Of a DNA stretch of 19,510 bases, positions 9,495 through 19,510 are shown in pieces. Position 1 is the first letter of the stretch. Each line of letters begins with the position of its first letter. The DNA comes from Ginkgo biloba. Lineage: Eukaryota; Plantae; Ginkgophyta. The stretch is taken from the NCBI GenBank assembly GCA_024626585.2, contig JANKJI020000002.1, positions 30,184,918 to 30,204,427 on the forward strand, written 5' to 3'. The position numbers were made by a program, and so were the translations under genes. A model generated the notes under the pieces. The model worked only from the letters and a program-made list of their open reading frames with translations, made no database searches and was not told where the DNA came from.

Positions 9495-10720
9495 AATAGA
9501 TGAAGATCCTCTTGATGAGGATGAAGAAAAAAATGGAGATCATGAATGGATGAAAGAAGAATATAAAAAATCCAAAGGTAAGGAAATGAAGGAATATTAT
9601 CCTTTTGATAAAAAGTTGGATAAAGAACTAGATGAGGAGGCAGTTATAAAGGACACACAACTTGATAAAAGATATGAGAATTATGATGAAGAATCATTAG
9701 AAGAACTAAAAGAGCATTCATATGAGGATAACCTTCCTAATGAAAATGAAGAACCAAATAAATATGATAATAGGGATGAATATTATGATAATGATAGGGG
9801 TTCTAATGATAAATATTATCATGAAGAGGAATATTATGATCTTGACAAACTTAAGGATACCATCAATGAAGATGTCTGGGGTCCTTTCCCTATTTAGGAG
9901 ACCCAAAATTTTGGTTATGATGACTTATATAAAGAATAATACCTTAATAAATCATATTATTATAAAGAGAGACCACATGAAGGACTCACAAAGATAAAAT
10001 ACATCAATTTTATAGATGAAATTAGTAGAGGCTTTGCCTATGACCCTGTTTGGAATCTTTCCCTAAAAGAAGGTTGTATAAAAATCATGAGGATGTTACA
10101 CACACCTAGTATAAAAGAGAAATATAAAAGACATAATAAAAGAAGAATAAACTTGAGAAGAAGTTCCAATCTCATTCCATCCTCATAGGAGGATAATTAT
10201 AATCTCCTAGTCTCCCAAATGATCCACCCTAGGAGTGATGCCGTGAAAGATTATAGCCCCAATTTGATCGATTATATACTTGAGGGAAAGGTGTCTCTAA
10301 GGTTGAGGGCATGTTGTATAAAAAGTACACAATGAAACCTAAAGTTAAGTTTCAAGAAATATAAGCCTATATGATATAAATAGGCTCTCTCAATCTATGC
10401 ATTTTAATCATCATCGACTAATATATCTTTTCTCTCTTCTCCATCGTGAGAACTTCTTTATCCTTAGGAGTAGACTCCTCCTCCTTACTTTTGGGAAGCA
10501 GAGTGCTCTCTCTCTCTATTTTGGATAGTAGAGTGCTATCCTTGCTGTCACTATCTCTCTTGTCAACACTAGATCATTGTTACTTCGGTGATATTATTAA
10601 TTTGTCCTTTTTTTCTAATTGTTGTTAACCTTTTTACTCTACAGGAATAGTGAGGATATTGTAATACATACTAATGTTGACCTTGTAATTGTCAATCTAA
10701 GGCCTACCCAAAAGGAAACA
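9495..10720 (+). mobile_element. 3' portion of an LTR element: acidic decayed ORF, PPT-like tract and 3' LTR (10312-10720)
   Basis: One frame 9496-10311 with three stops, D/E/Y/N/K-rich, ending LEGKVSLR (cttgagggaaaggtgtctctaaggttgagggca, like the 'LEDK'+PPT end of chromovirus-type gypsy elements). Then a 409-bp segment TGTT...AACA with tataaatagg near 10375. Confidence 0.6.
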
Positions 10721-10990
10721 GTGGGGCATCAATAATGATAAATGCCAATATAGCACAAAGGTCAAGATGTTTCATAAAAAACACAAACATCCTTAATTTG
10801 GCCTAGTGCAGTGATGCCATGACTATCAAATCCTTTTAGGTTATCATGGTGGGGACTGGTTATTTCAAGGCCAAGCCTTTTTCATAACGCTTAGGGACAA
10901 AACATTGTGGCTTGCCCCAATATCTACTAGACAGTTAATTGATTCAATGTCATTAATTCTTATTGAAATGTAAAATGGGGGATTCTCATG
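10721..10990 (-). pseudogene. Ty3/gypsy (Tat/Athila-like) aspartic protease remnant
   Basis: Minus strand: PPFYISIRINDIESINCLVDIGASHNVLSLSVMK / LGLEITSPHHDNLKGFDSHGITALGQIKDVCVF / MKHLDLCAILAFIIIDAP. The D[ST]GA motif has decayed to DIGA (10924-10913). Two homopolymer frameshifts; truncated at the LTR end 10720. Confidence 0.85.
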
Positions 10991-11229
10991 TTAAAACCCA
11001 ACAAACTACTACAAACTTGGACCTTGAAAAGTAGGCCAAACCTATCTATGAAAGACATTAAATCCAGCCTTGGAAGGCATGCAAAAACCTAACCTAAATG
11101 ATGGGGCTAGTTTACTAACATTACACATGACAATGAAAACCCATGGTGAGATATTCAAGGGAGAAAATTATGAACAAAGGAGCCAAGAGAGTCCTCCAGT
11201 AGAGGGCACCTCACTTTAAGGATTAATTT

Positions 11230-12992
11230 GTGACAGTGGAAAGCCACAAAGAGCTTCTTGGGGTTTGGGGCAACCTTAAGGTTAAGCTCAACCTTATGTG
11301 GAAGTTTGGCGTAAATACGGTTTGTCCAAGCTTATGCAATCCCTTACACATCTCTTTATCATCTTTCTATTAAGGCATTTTCCTTCTATAGGTTGTTTTC
11401 TATTTTTTGGTTGGGAGACTTAACTCTAAAAGTTGTCCTTTTTTTGTTGCAACTACCTTCTGCATAATTAGAGTCGATCTATTGTCGTTATAGTGACTTT
11501 CCAAAAGATACATTCTCTAAATAAGTGCTCAAATCTCTTCTACAAGGCAAGTGATTTGATTATGGGTCTTAGATTGAAGTTCTACCAACGATTTTGATCC
11601 ACAAAACCTCCAAGATAAGTCGTAGGGCTTCTTCATACCCAACAATTAATTTTGTAGACTTAAAGCGATATGTTTGGCCCTTCGAAGCACGTCACAAGCC
11701 TTGCGATAGTTGAGATGAGATGTTTTGACTTTTAGACAAGTCTATGATCTTCAACTATTTTATCTTGAACCAGTGAGCTGCTATCTATTGTAAGTATATG
11801 TTGAAAACCCAATTTTCTGTAATACTTTTGCATTTGTTTTTCAGACTATCATAAACTAATGTAAACAATAGTCTAAAATCCAAGATTTTTAGTTTTGTAT
11901 GTTTTATATGAGGGCTAAGAACCCTAAGAATGTAGAGAGAGATTTCTTTGCACTAGGGTGTTCTTGCTCATGGAACAAATTTATAGTATTTATGACTCAA
12001 ATTGGATTGCTTGGATAATTAGGGTTTATGCATTTATTATTTCCCTATTATTTTGGGTTCTTAAACCCTAGTGGCCAATCTAGGGGCGATCTATCCTAGC
12101 TAAAATCCACTAAGGGGACTTGTGGAGTACGACTGTGGTGGTACTATTGCATGCATGTGCCTTTATCTGGCTTGGGACCATACAAACATTAGCCCTTGTG
12201 AGAATTTATGTATATTTGGGCAAAATGTAGGGAGGGTAGCGCTTGAGAACTCTCAAGGATTATCTGGTTCTATGAGTTGTGCAAGCAGTCATAGTGGGTC
12301 ATACATTTAATTCTGGAATAGCTCGTGTGAGCAATTATAGGACTGTGTCCTAGGACTTTAAGAGTTGGAGTTAAGGATAGCAACTTGATAACTCTAGAGA
12401 TGTTGTGGGCTATGCTAGCACTCATAGTGGGTCATTCTTTTCAATTGACTGGTGCAATTGTATACTCACATTTTATTGTGTGATTGGTATGTTGTGTGCC
12501 TAAACTATTAGGGAAAAGGGTATCTCAAATTTTATTTGAGAAATGACCCTAGTGCTGGAGAATGTCTTGCAAGCCTACACTCGGGACTCTTCCTAGCTAC
12601 AACGACTAGACTCAAACGAGGAGGCCATTTGGGGCTAATGGCTAGTATTTATTGCACCAGAGCTTTGTGTTGGTAGTTATTATAGGTCCCCAAAGGTGGT
12701 CCTCTTGGGCAAGCAGTGAGTGTTTATGCAAGTCCCCAAAGCCATTCCCTTGCCCCTAGCAGTCTAGCCATAGATCTTGTATGCATGCATGGTTATGGTT
12801 ACATGAGTTAGTATAAATGAATAATTTCTTTTGTTGCATTAGTTTTACTTGCGTATTTATTTATATTTACTTGTGAACTCTGATTATTCATGCATGCTGT
12901 TTATACTCATTTACGTATTCTCAATTTATCCATGCATGTTCATAAACAGTTAATATAGCTTCGCATACAGGAATAAAGGTGGGACTTTTACA
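11230..12992 (+). mobile_element. LTR-like non-coding repeat fragment (left boundary uncertain)
   Basis: Ends ggtgggactttTACA at 12992 after an AT-rich U5-like tract. Has internal short repeats (agca.tcatagtgggtcat twice, gtccccaaag twice). No TSD or PBS found. Confidence 0.4.
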
Positions 12993-14785
12993 TTCTTTCA
13001 TTCGTAAGTCTTGGCACACAACTGTTAAAACATCTATTGAAAGCTTTGAATGGTCACATATCCATAAGGGTATTCTATTTATGCAACCTACAAACTGGAG
13101 TTAGGATGCATAGACAAATATCACCCTCCCTGTTACACAAACATTAAAACAACATGTATGTTGAATAGAGAGTGGGTTTTTAATAACTCCTTCCTTGACA
13201 ACGATATATTCCTTCATGATTTATTCAGCCACTGTTTTTCTCATGCTCTCCTTCTGTAGCATGTCCATTGTCAACCTTTTTTGATTATCAAGGAAGTGAA
13301 ATCCTTATTGCATAGTCAACGCATGTAATGCGCTCCATTTGCATTGCAATAGTTATATTCAACTTATCTTATGTACTGCTGAAATTGAAGCTAGACGCAA
13401 GCACAAAGAAAAAAATTATTATGGTTCTGCAATAGGATGGAGTCATCTGGGATCAAAAGTTGTGATTTGACATTAAGTGAACAAGCAGGTAGAAAATTGA
13501 ATATCTGGGGGTGGTTTCCCTTCTTCAAGATTGAAAGGCCTTGTTTTTTCTAATGTGAAGATTTGATATGGATTGCTCATAATAGAACCGCATTTCAAAG
13601 CCCTAATAACTAATGCATGATAGAACTACTNNNNNNNNNNACAAGCTTTAATTGTTGTTTGTTTCCAAAGATAGCCTTCAAATTATTTTCAAGATCCCAA
13701 TCGTGTTGAATACACACACACAATGTGTATCATGACTTCGGTGGAAAGAATGTAAAACTATTTGCATCCAATTGCTTAACATGTGCTTTTGCGTGGTCTA
13801 CATGCTTTGGTATTCTCATTGATTGTTAGCCTTTCTTAGATTTTAATTTTTAATTCTTATCACTATTTGGCTTTGCTAGTTGTCATTTGACCTTGATATT
13901 ATGTGCATTTCTTGTCAGTGTATAGCCAGATCTGCCTAAGAAATAATTTCTACTTCTTCTAAAGAAATTTGACAATCCTTACAACTTCTATGCATAAAAC
14001 ATCACCTGTTCATTCAAGTATCTCGTTTTCCAATACATTTTGAGATAAAGTACATCAGGTTTTTGTAGAGGCAAGAGTTTTACTATATAGGCTCAAAATT
14101 GATCATTTGTAAGGATGGGAGCTGTCGTAAGTTGTGCTCCGTAGATGATTCAGGTCTTGATTGTTTCGACTGGGTACATTTTGTCTATGGCATTGTGCCC
14201 TATGTGATATATTGTGTGGAACTGAGGTGGTTCCTGGAGTGTTAAACTGGTGATCAAGTGGAAGGGGTAATGACTGCTATAGTTGGTTGTGAGTGACTTT
14301 CTTTCCGTCGAAGCTTTCCTTTAATATGTGATGTCATATAGTTAGTGTGGCCTACAAGCTAGAGAAAGCATTTACTCCTAGATCCTTGATTTTTTCCATT
14401 TAATTTTCCCAGCCTTTTCTAACTTTGTATGAGAATGCATATCTGGTAGCTTCTTTCAAATGGTTGTCTAAACCGTGGATGTTGAGTCTTTGCCTTTTTA
14501 TATGAACATCCATTAGTTATTTTATGAATTTCCCAAGAAAGCATCTTTGAAAGCAAGCATGGTAGTTTCATTAACTTGGAATGAGTCATTCGTTTCTTTC
14601 CATTCCTTCCTTTGTTAATGAACTTGAAATGGAACATGTTGCCATTAGCAAGTGAGAACATCAGAGGAGCTTATTAATGCATTAGCCTGTTATAATCTGA
14701 AATGCTCATCTTACTGTTTGAGATTCAGTCATGGAGTCGTTATTTATAATACCCATGCAGGCCTGAGCACTTATATCAAATGTGC

Positions 14786-14971
14786 AGGGCACCCAAATCT
14801 ATTACTTAGCTTGATGTTATTGCAAACATGAAACTTGAACTACAAGATCTCCCATAGTGCAGATGCCCTTGTCACCTAGTGAAGGGTACGCAAATCTATT
14901 ATGTAGCTGGATGTTGTTGCAAACTTGAACCACAAGATCTCCCATAGGGCAAATGCATTTGTCAACTAGTG
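14786..14971. repeat. Tandem duplication, two copies (97 and about 89 bp)
   Basis: 14786-14882 versus 14883-14971: aggg.ac.caaatctatta..tagct.gatgtt.ttgcaaac...ttgaac.acaagatctcccatag.gca.atgc..ttgtca.ctagtg. Copy 1 has an extra 7 bp (atgaaac). Confidence 0.92.
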
Positions 14972-15704
14972 TCACATTTATTNNNNNNNNNNCACACCAA
15001 CCACCATGATTATTCCTTTCGGAAGGCAAATGAAGCTATTGAACTGTACCATTTTATGTTTTCTAGAATTGATACTAGGTCTTATTGCTTTCACCTCACT
15101 GCTGTTGGTCCATCTGACCCACTTTGGACACACTTTTTAAAAATTTGCTGGTGGTATTGCCTTTACTTGATTGTTTGGTTTAGTAAGTTTCTCGTAGATG
15201 CTACAGGAACCACTCCTCAATGTACTTAAAACACGGATTGCCGCCATTCCCATTAACTGCTTTTGGTTATTTGTGGACATTAGTATTCTTTCTTTCTTTC
15301 TCATTTCAGCCCTTATATAATGATATGCAAGGTGCAAGGGTATGTCTGTTTGCAAGTTGGAGGTGTGTATTGGTACAACTCTCCAAATCTGNNNNNNNNN
15401 NAATAATACATAGTATAACTTTCATAAATAAATAATAATAATTAGTAGTTAATTAAGATGAAGGTTCATGAAAGGAAAAGGTTTGACAAAGAGAAGCCTC
15501 CCTTGACAGAGAATGTCCAATCTAGAGGAAGTAGGTCCATAGAAAAAACCTAAACACAGAATCACAAATATATATCACATGGATAAATCTTTGCAGGAGG
15601 AGAAAATCATGGAATTTTTTGGTGTTAATAGGTTTAACACTCTTGTACAAGATATGGAAGTCGAAGATGGTAGTGTAGTCAAAGAACCTCCATTCCATTT
15701 TCAG

Positions 15705-15809
15705 TTAGCTCAAAAAGGCATTAAGGTGACAATAGTTTGCCCAGGTCCCATTGAAACAAAAACATCTTCCTCCTTGGCAAACACATCAGCACAGATACCA
15801 GCAGCAGAG
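15705..15809 (+). CDS. DHRS7: DHRS7-like SDR, exon D
   Basis: Acceptor ccattttcag| and donor gag|gtaatt. 105 nt, phase 0/0, LAQKGIKVTIVCPGPIETKTSSSLANTSAQIPAAE, containing the SDR 'GIxV..PGxIxT' motif. Confidence 0.92.
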
Positions 15810-16647
15810 GTAATTGATTATCAGTTGCTTTTTTGGAAAAGATACTATCTATCAAGCAGTTGAAGCTTTGCTTTGGAAAACAAGCAAGAAATTCGGCATT
15901 TACAGGTCCCAAATATCATGCATGCCTAAAGATAATAGCCTTAAAATATATTGATATATATACTTGCCTAAATTAATAACTGTAAACAAGACAGCAACTG
16001 AAGCAATCGTAGGCACAAGAAGAACAACCATATTTTAAAGATGAAACTTTTGTCTTAAAAGGCTTCTCATCAAAAGCTAACTAGGATTCATCCTTGAAGG
16101 AAGAATAACATGAATGTCTATGACTTAAAGCTGATTCGGACCAGTTAGTATCCCATCTTACAGACTCGTAGGAACAAGGTGAACCATCTGTCATTTTGTT
16201 GACGTAAAAAAATGGTGAAAGAGGTTTTTACGCAACACACAAATATAGTAGGATTAAACCAGTATGTGGAATAGGTGTTCCTTGCTTGATCATCAGGATA
16301 ACTCTTGGTTAGCAAAATGATATGGCAGTGATGGCTAATAGGGCAGAAGCTGAGTGCTTTGAGTTATTAATAGCATTTTGAATAATTAACAGAGTGAGCT
16401 TAAAGGACATAAACAGACAACTAATATCTACATGCTAGTGATCATGCTTTTGCCAAAAATGAATTGGACTAAAGGATTAAATGGATAATGTTTTGTGATA
16501 TGTTATTGGAAGTGGTTGAAACCAAGGTCTTTAGACATAATGCAAAANNNNNNNNNNNNNNNNNNNNNNNNNNNNNNNNNNNNNNNNNNNNNNNNNNNNN
16601 NNNNNNNNNNNNNNNNNNNNNNNNNNNNNNNNNNNNNNNNNNNNNNN

Positions 16648-17379
16648 TAGTGTCTAGGGGCAACATGGCTTGATAGTTGGAACTTGTTAGGGAATGATGG
16701 ATATCTTTTATTGATACATTTATTAGCCCTTATTCATGCACTCTTCAGGGCTTCACTTGCAATAGATTGAAAGATACTCAAAGATGAGGATTTGTATACT
16801 CGCTCATGGTTTTACCCTCAAGGTGATTGGTTCTATGGCTATTGCTGTAGTCATAGGGTTTATTGACCATACCAACGATTAATATAAATAAATAACTATT
16901 ATTGGGGTGAAGCCCTAGTTCCTAGGGTATCTTCATGCCAAATAGAGGTTGAAATGGACCTATGCCCTATCACTTTTTTTAGCATCAGGGCGAGGGTTGG
17001 AATCTAGCATATCATTTATAATTGTTAGGTGTTGATAGTGTGTTGAGTTGCCACCGAAGGTTTGGCTGCTAATGTAGTAAGCCTCTTTAGGTGGTCCCCA
17101 TGGCCAACATTGGAGGCTAGAGTCAAATATTGCCGAAGTCTACCTTAGTACTAATAGTCTTACCTATAAGATTATTCCTATGCTTGTTTTCTACAACACT
17201 ACCTTAAATTAACATAAATAAATATTTACATATATGTGAATGTGTATCATTGATTTTCTTGAATGTTTATGATATCTTTATCATTGCATAGATGGATATA
17301 TCCCTCTACAAGCTCATATTTTTACTATTTTAGGCTTTTAAATGCTTTTAGCATGTAGGTCTAGAGGCAGGTTGTTACA
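16648..17379 (+). mobile_element. LTR 3' portion, related to 8510-9106
   Basis: Ends ggcaggttgTTACA at 17379 and shares ordered motifs with 8510-9106. The 5' end is hidden in the 100-N gap. Confidence 0.55.
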
Positions 17380-18289
17380 AGCCCTACTAGAAACTTTTAA
17401 TTTTACTGGCTCAACCTTTTCAGGTAGTGTTGGGGGGGATTTCTCACCTTTGTAGGGCCGACAACAAGAAGGAAATGAATGGGTAACCATAAGAGGAGGC
17501 TTAAAGTAAAATCCCTTAAGGAAGAAAAGTCTAACAGTCCAATTGTAGAAAATAAAAACCAAGAATGAAAAATGGAGTTAGGAACCCTTACTTGAATGTC
17601 TACACTATTGGACTTTATCGTTGGATCCTTTTTTTTGCCTCCTCACTTGTACAAACTACCAAAAAATCCTAACAAGCAAAAGGGAGATATCTCTTAGTTT
17701 ANNNNNNNNNNNNNNNNNNNNNNNNNNNNNNNNNNNNNNNNNNNNNNNNNNNNNNNNNNNNNNNNNNNNNNNNNNNNNNNNNNNNNNNNNNNNNNNNNNN
17801 NNNNNNNNNNNNNNNNNNNNNNNNNNNNNNNNNNNNNNNNNNNNNNNNNNNNNNNNNNNNNNNNNNNNNNNNNNNNNNNNNNNNNNNNNNNNNNNNNNNN
17901 NNNNNNNNNNNNNNNNNNNNNNNNNNNNNNNNNNNNNNNNNNNNNNNNNNNNNNNNNNNNNNNNNNNNNNNNNNNNNNNNNNNNNNNNNNNNNNNNNNNN
18001 NNNNNNNNNNNNNNNNNNNNNNNNNNNNNNNNNNNNNNNNNNNNNNNNNNNNNNNNNNNNNNNNNNNNNNNNNNNNNNNNNNNNNNNNNNNCATCATCTC
18101 CCTCTTTTGATAGAGGTATTTATCCAAATCCAAGACCTAGTGGGGTCTACATTGATTAAAGAGAATGATGCCACTAGGCCTTTTGTACATCCAAGGAGCT
18201 TTTTTGATATGTATAATACTCAAGAAGTTAGCACAAGGACTATCCATGCAACTTTAATTTTGTGGGACAACTTAGGCCAAATAGTCTAT

Positions 18290-19143
18290 AGGCGTTTAAA
18301 TTCCAAGAATTTGTACCAATTCCCCTTTTTTCCATCTTTTATACTTTGGGACAAAGGAAAGCTTGCATTTCCCATTTATTTTGGTGTCTTTAGGAGATTT
18401 GTGGCCGACACCTTAATATCTTGAAATAATTACCCCAAGCTTCTTGATAATTATCATTATAGCTTTTTTATGCAAGGTGTCAGTTTGAGCCATAATAAGC
18501 AACTGACTCTTATCATTTGTGCTTGTGTCATTCATGACCAAGTATACCTTATGATTAGCGAGTGTTTCCAAGCATTGATTTTTATCAATGGGTGCCAATC
18601 TCTTTTACAACCACTCATTTGCTTATGCAATCAAGCGTAGATGTGACCTGAAATATGGCTATATACAAACATGGTTGAAGATATAAAACAACCCAAAAAT
18701 CATTTACACCGTGCATGCAAAAATAACAGAACGAAACCATAATTAAGTAGAAGATATAAATGTAAATGACTAACCTTGTTGCTCAGTTTATATGGGTCTG
18801 TTGGGGTATAAACATGTCATTATAGTAAATAGGCGGTATAAAAAATATAGAGAGGGTTGGAAAAAATCCCAAAATAGGTTAAAATGCTCACCTCTATTCA
18901 ACAATTTGGTCCTGAATATCTGAGTTGCTCTTGAGCCTTCAAGTGCCTCAAACAATGATTTCAAAGTTCGCAATGTTGTGTCCAATTAATCTACAGTAGG
19001 TTGAGATCTTCCTAGATTTTGTCGAGACAAGCCAAACCCTTCCTAGTTCCAAAAATTTAAAGTCATGTTCTAGTCATGCAAATCAAGGTCATCCAATGTG
19101 CCCGAATTTAAGTTTGAATTGACTTTTCTTCCCAGTTAAAGCC
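18290..19143 (-). pseudogene. Spliced pseudogene, possibly a CACTA TnpA / Ptta-En/Spm-like transposon gene
   Basis: Minus-strand exons 19143-18892 (252 nt), 18797-18775 (23 nt) and 18647 to about 18290. Introns are AG|GTGAGC...caacAG (94 nt) and AG|GTTAGT...tttcAG (127 nt), both T-rich. The preferred frame has multiple stops. The family call is weak. Confidence 0.55.
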
Positions 19144-19148
19144 CTACA

Positions 19149-19510
19149 TGTAAGGACCCTGGAGTTGGAAGATGATAGTAGATAAGGAAGAAGACAGGCT
19201 TTGGGGTGCACCTGCCTCCCCAGTAATCGGATGTTCTTCTAACAAAAGGTGAGGAAATAAATTATTATTCATATATTGATGGTCATTATGAGTGAAAGGT
19301 TGATGTTTATATAGTTGTTGAGTGTCCTTTTGAATCTCGATGGCACTCCTTTGTTTATATTTTAATTACTAATAGTTAGGGACATAACATATTATAGCAA
19401 GGAAGGCATCATAGGAATTACAAAAAAAATATAAATAGATAGTAGCATTTGTCTCCTCCTCCTCCTCCTACATTTGGTGGATTCTTATTAGCTCTTATTA
19501 TTCCATGTTG
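19149..19510. mobile_element. Probable LTR terminus running off the window
   Basis: Begins TGTAAGGACCC right next to the minus-strand acceptor at 19144-19146, replacing the expected pyrimidine tract. Confidence 0.45.

Noticed and set aside
13020-13260. Possible LINE zf-RVT remnant on the minus strand (PVC...LWICDHS)
   Set aside because: Too short and frameshifted to support without a search.
15579-15863. 94-aa ORF as a standalone gene
   Set aside because: Only 15705-15809 is SDR-like and bounded by AG/GT; the rest is intron read-through.
17380-18290. Possible LINE ORF1 fragments (EGNEWVTIRGG; LPLLIEVF...VHPR)
   Set aside because: The resemblance is weak, a 390-N gap splits the region, and the motif order is inconsistent.
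18413-18598. LANHKVYLVMND resembling an NB-ARC kinase-2 motif
   Set aside because: It lacks the DD pair, and no P-loop or GLPL motif is nearby. It is better explained as part of the spliced remnant.
15810-19510. Next SDR exon (expected KRV...RCAEL-like)
   Set aside because: No matching AG-bounded sequence found; it is in a gap or beyond the window.

Overview
This is eukaryotic land-plant genomic DNA from a gapped draft assembly: AT-rich, with GT-AG introns and many N runs, three of them exactly 100 N. The organism cannot be fixed from the window. The large TE-filled introns and the TE types would fit a fern, bryophyte or gymnosperm (inference). The only apparently functional host gene is a + strand short-chain dehydrogenase/reductase of the DHRS7 / Arabidopsis At3g03330 type. 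Four internal exons are visible (6954-6991, 7101-7193, 7377->7436, 15705-15809); the first and last exons were not found here. Most of the rest is intronic and filled with decayed, nested transposons: a ZNF862-like hAT transposase pseudogene, a minus-strand Ty3/gypsy LTR-PBS-gag remnant with a duplicated LTR-end/PBS block, several solo or partial LTRs, a Tat/Athila-like protease remnant, an LTR element carrying an acidic ORF, a possible LINE 3' fragment, and a minus-strand spliced pseudogene with a 23-nt micro-exon. I found no convincing new biological system. The best leads are the antisense spliced pseudogene, the acidic-ORF element and the unusual LTR architectures. All homology calls come from motif recall, not database searches.
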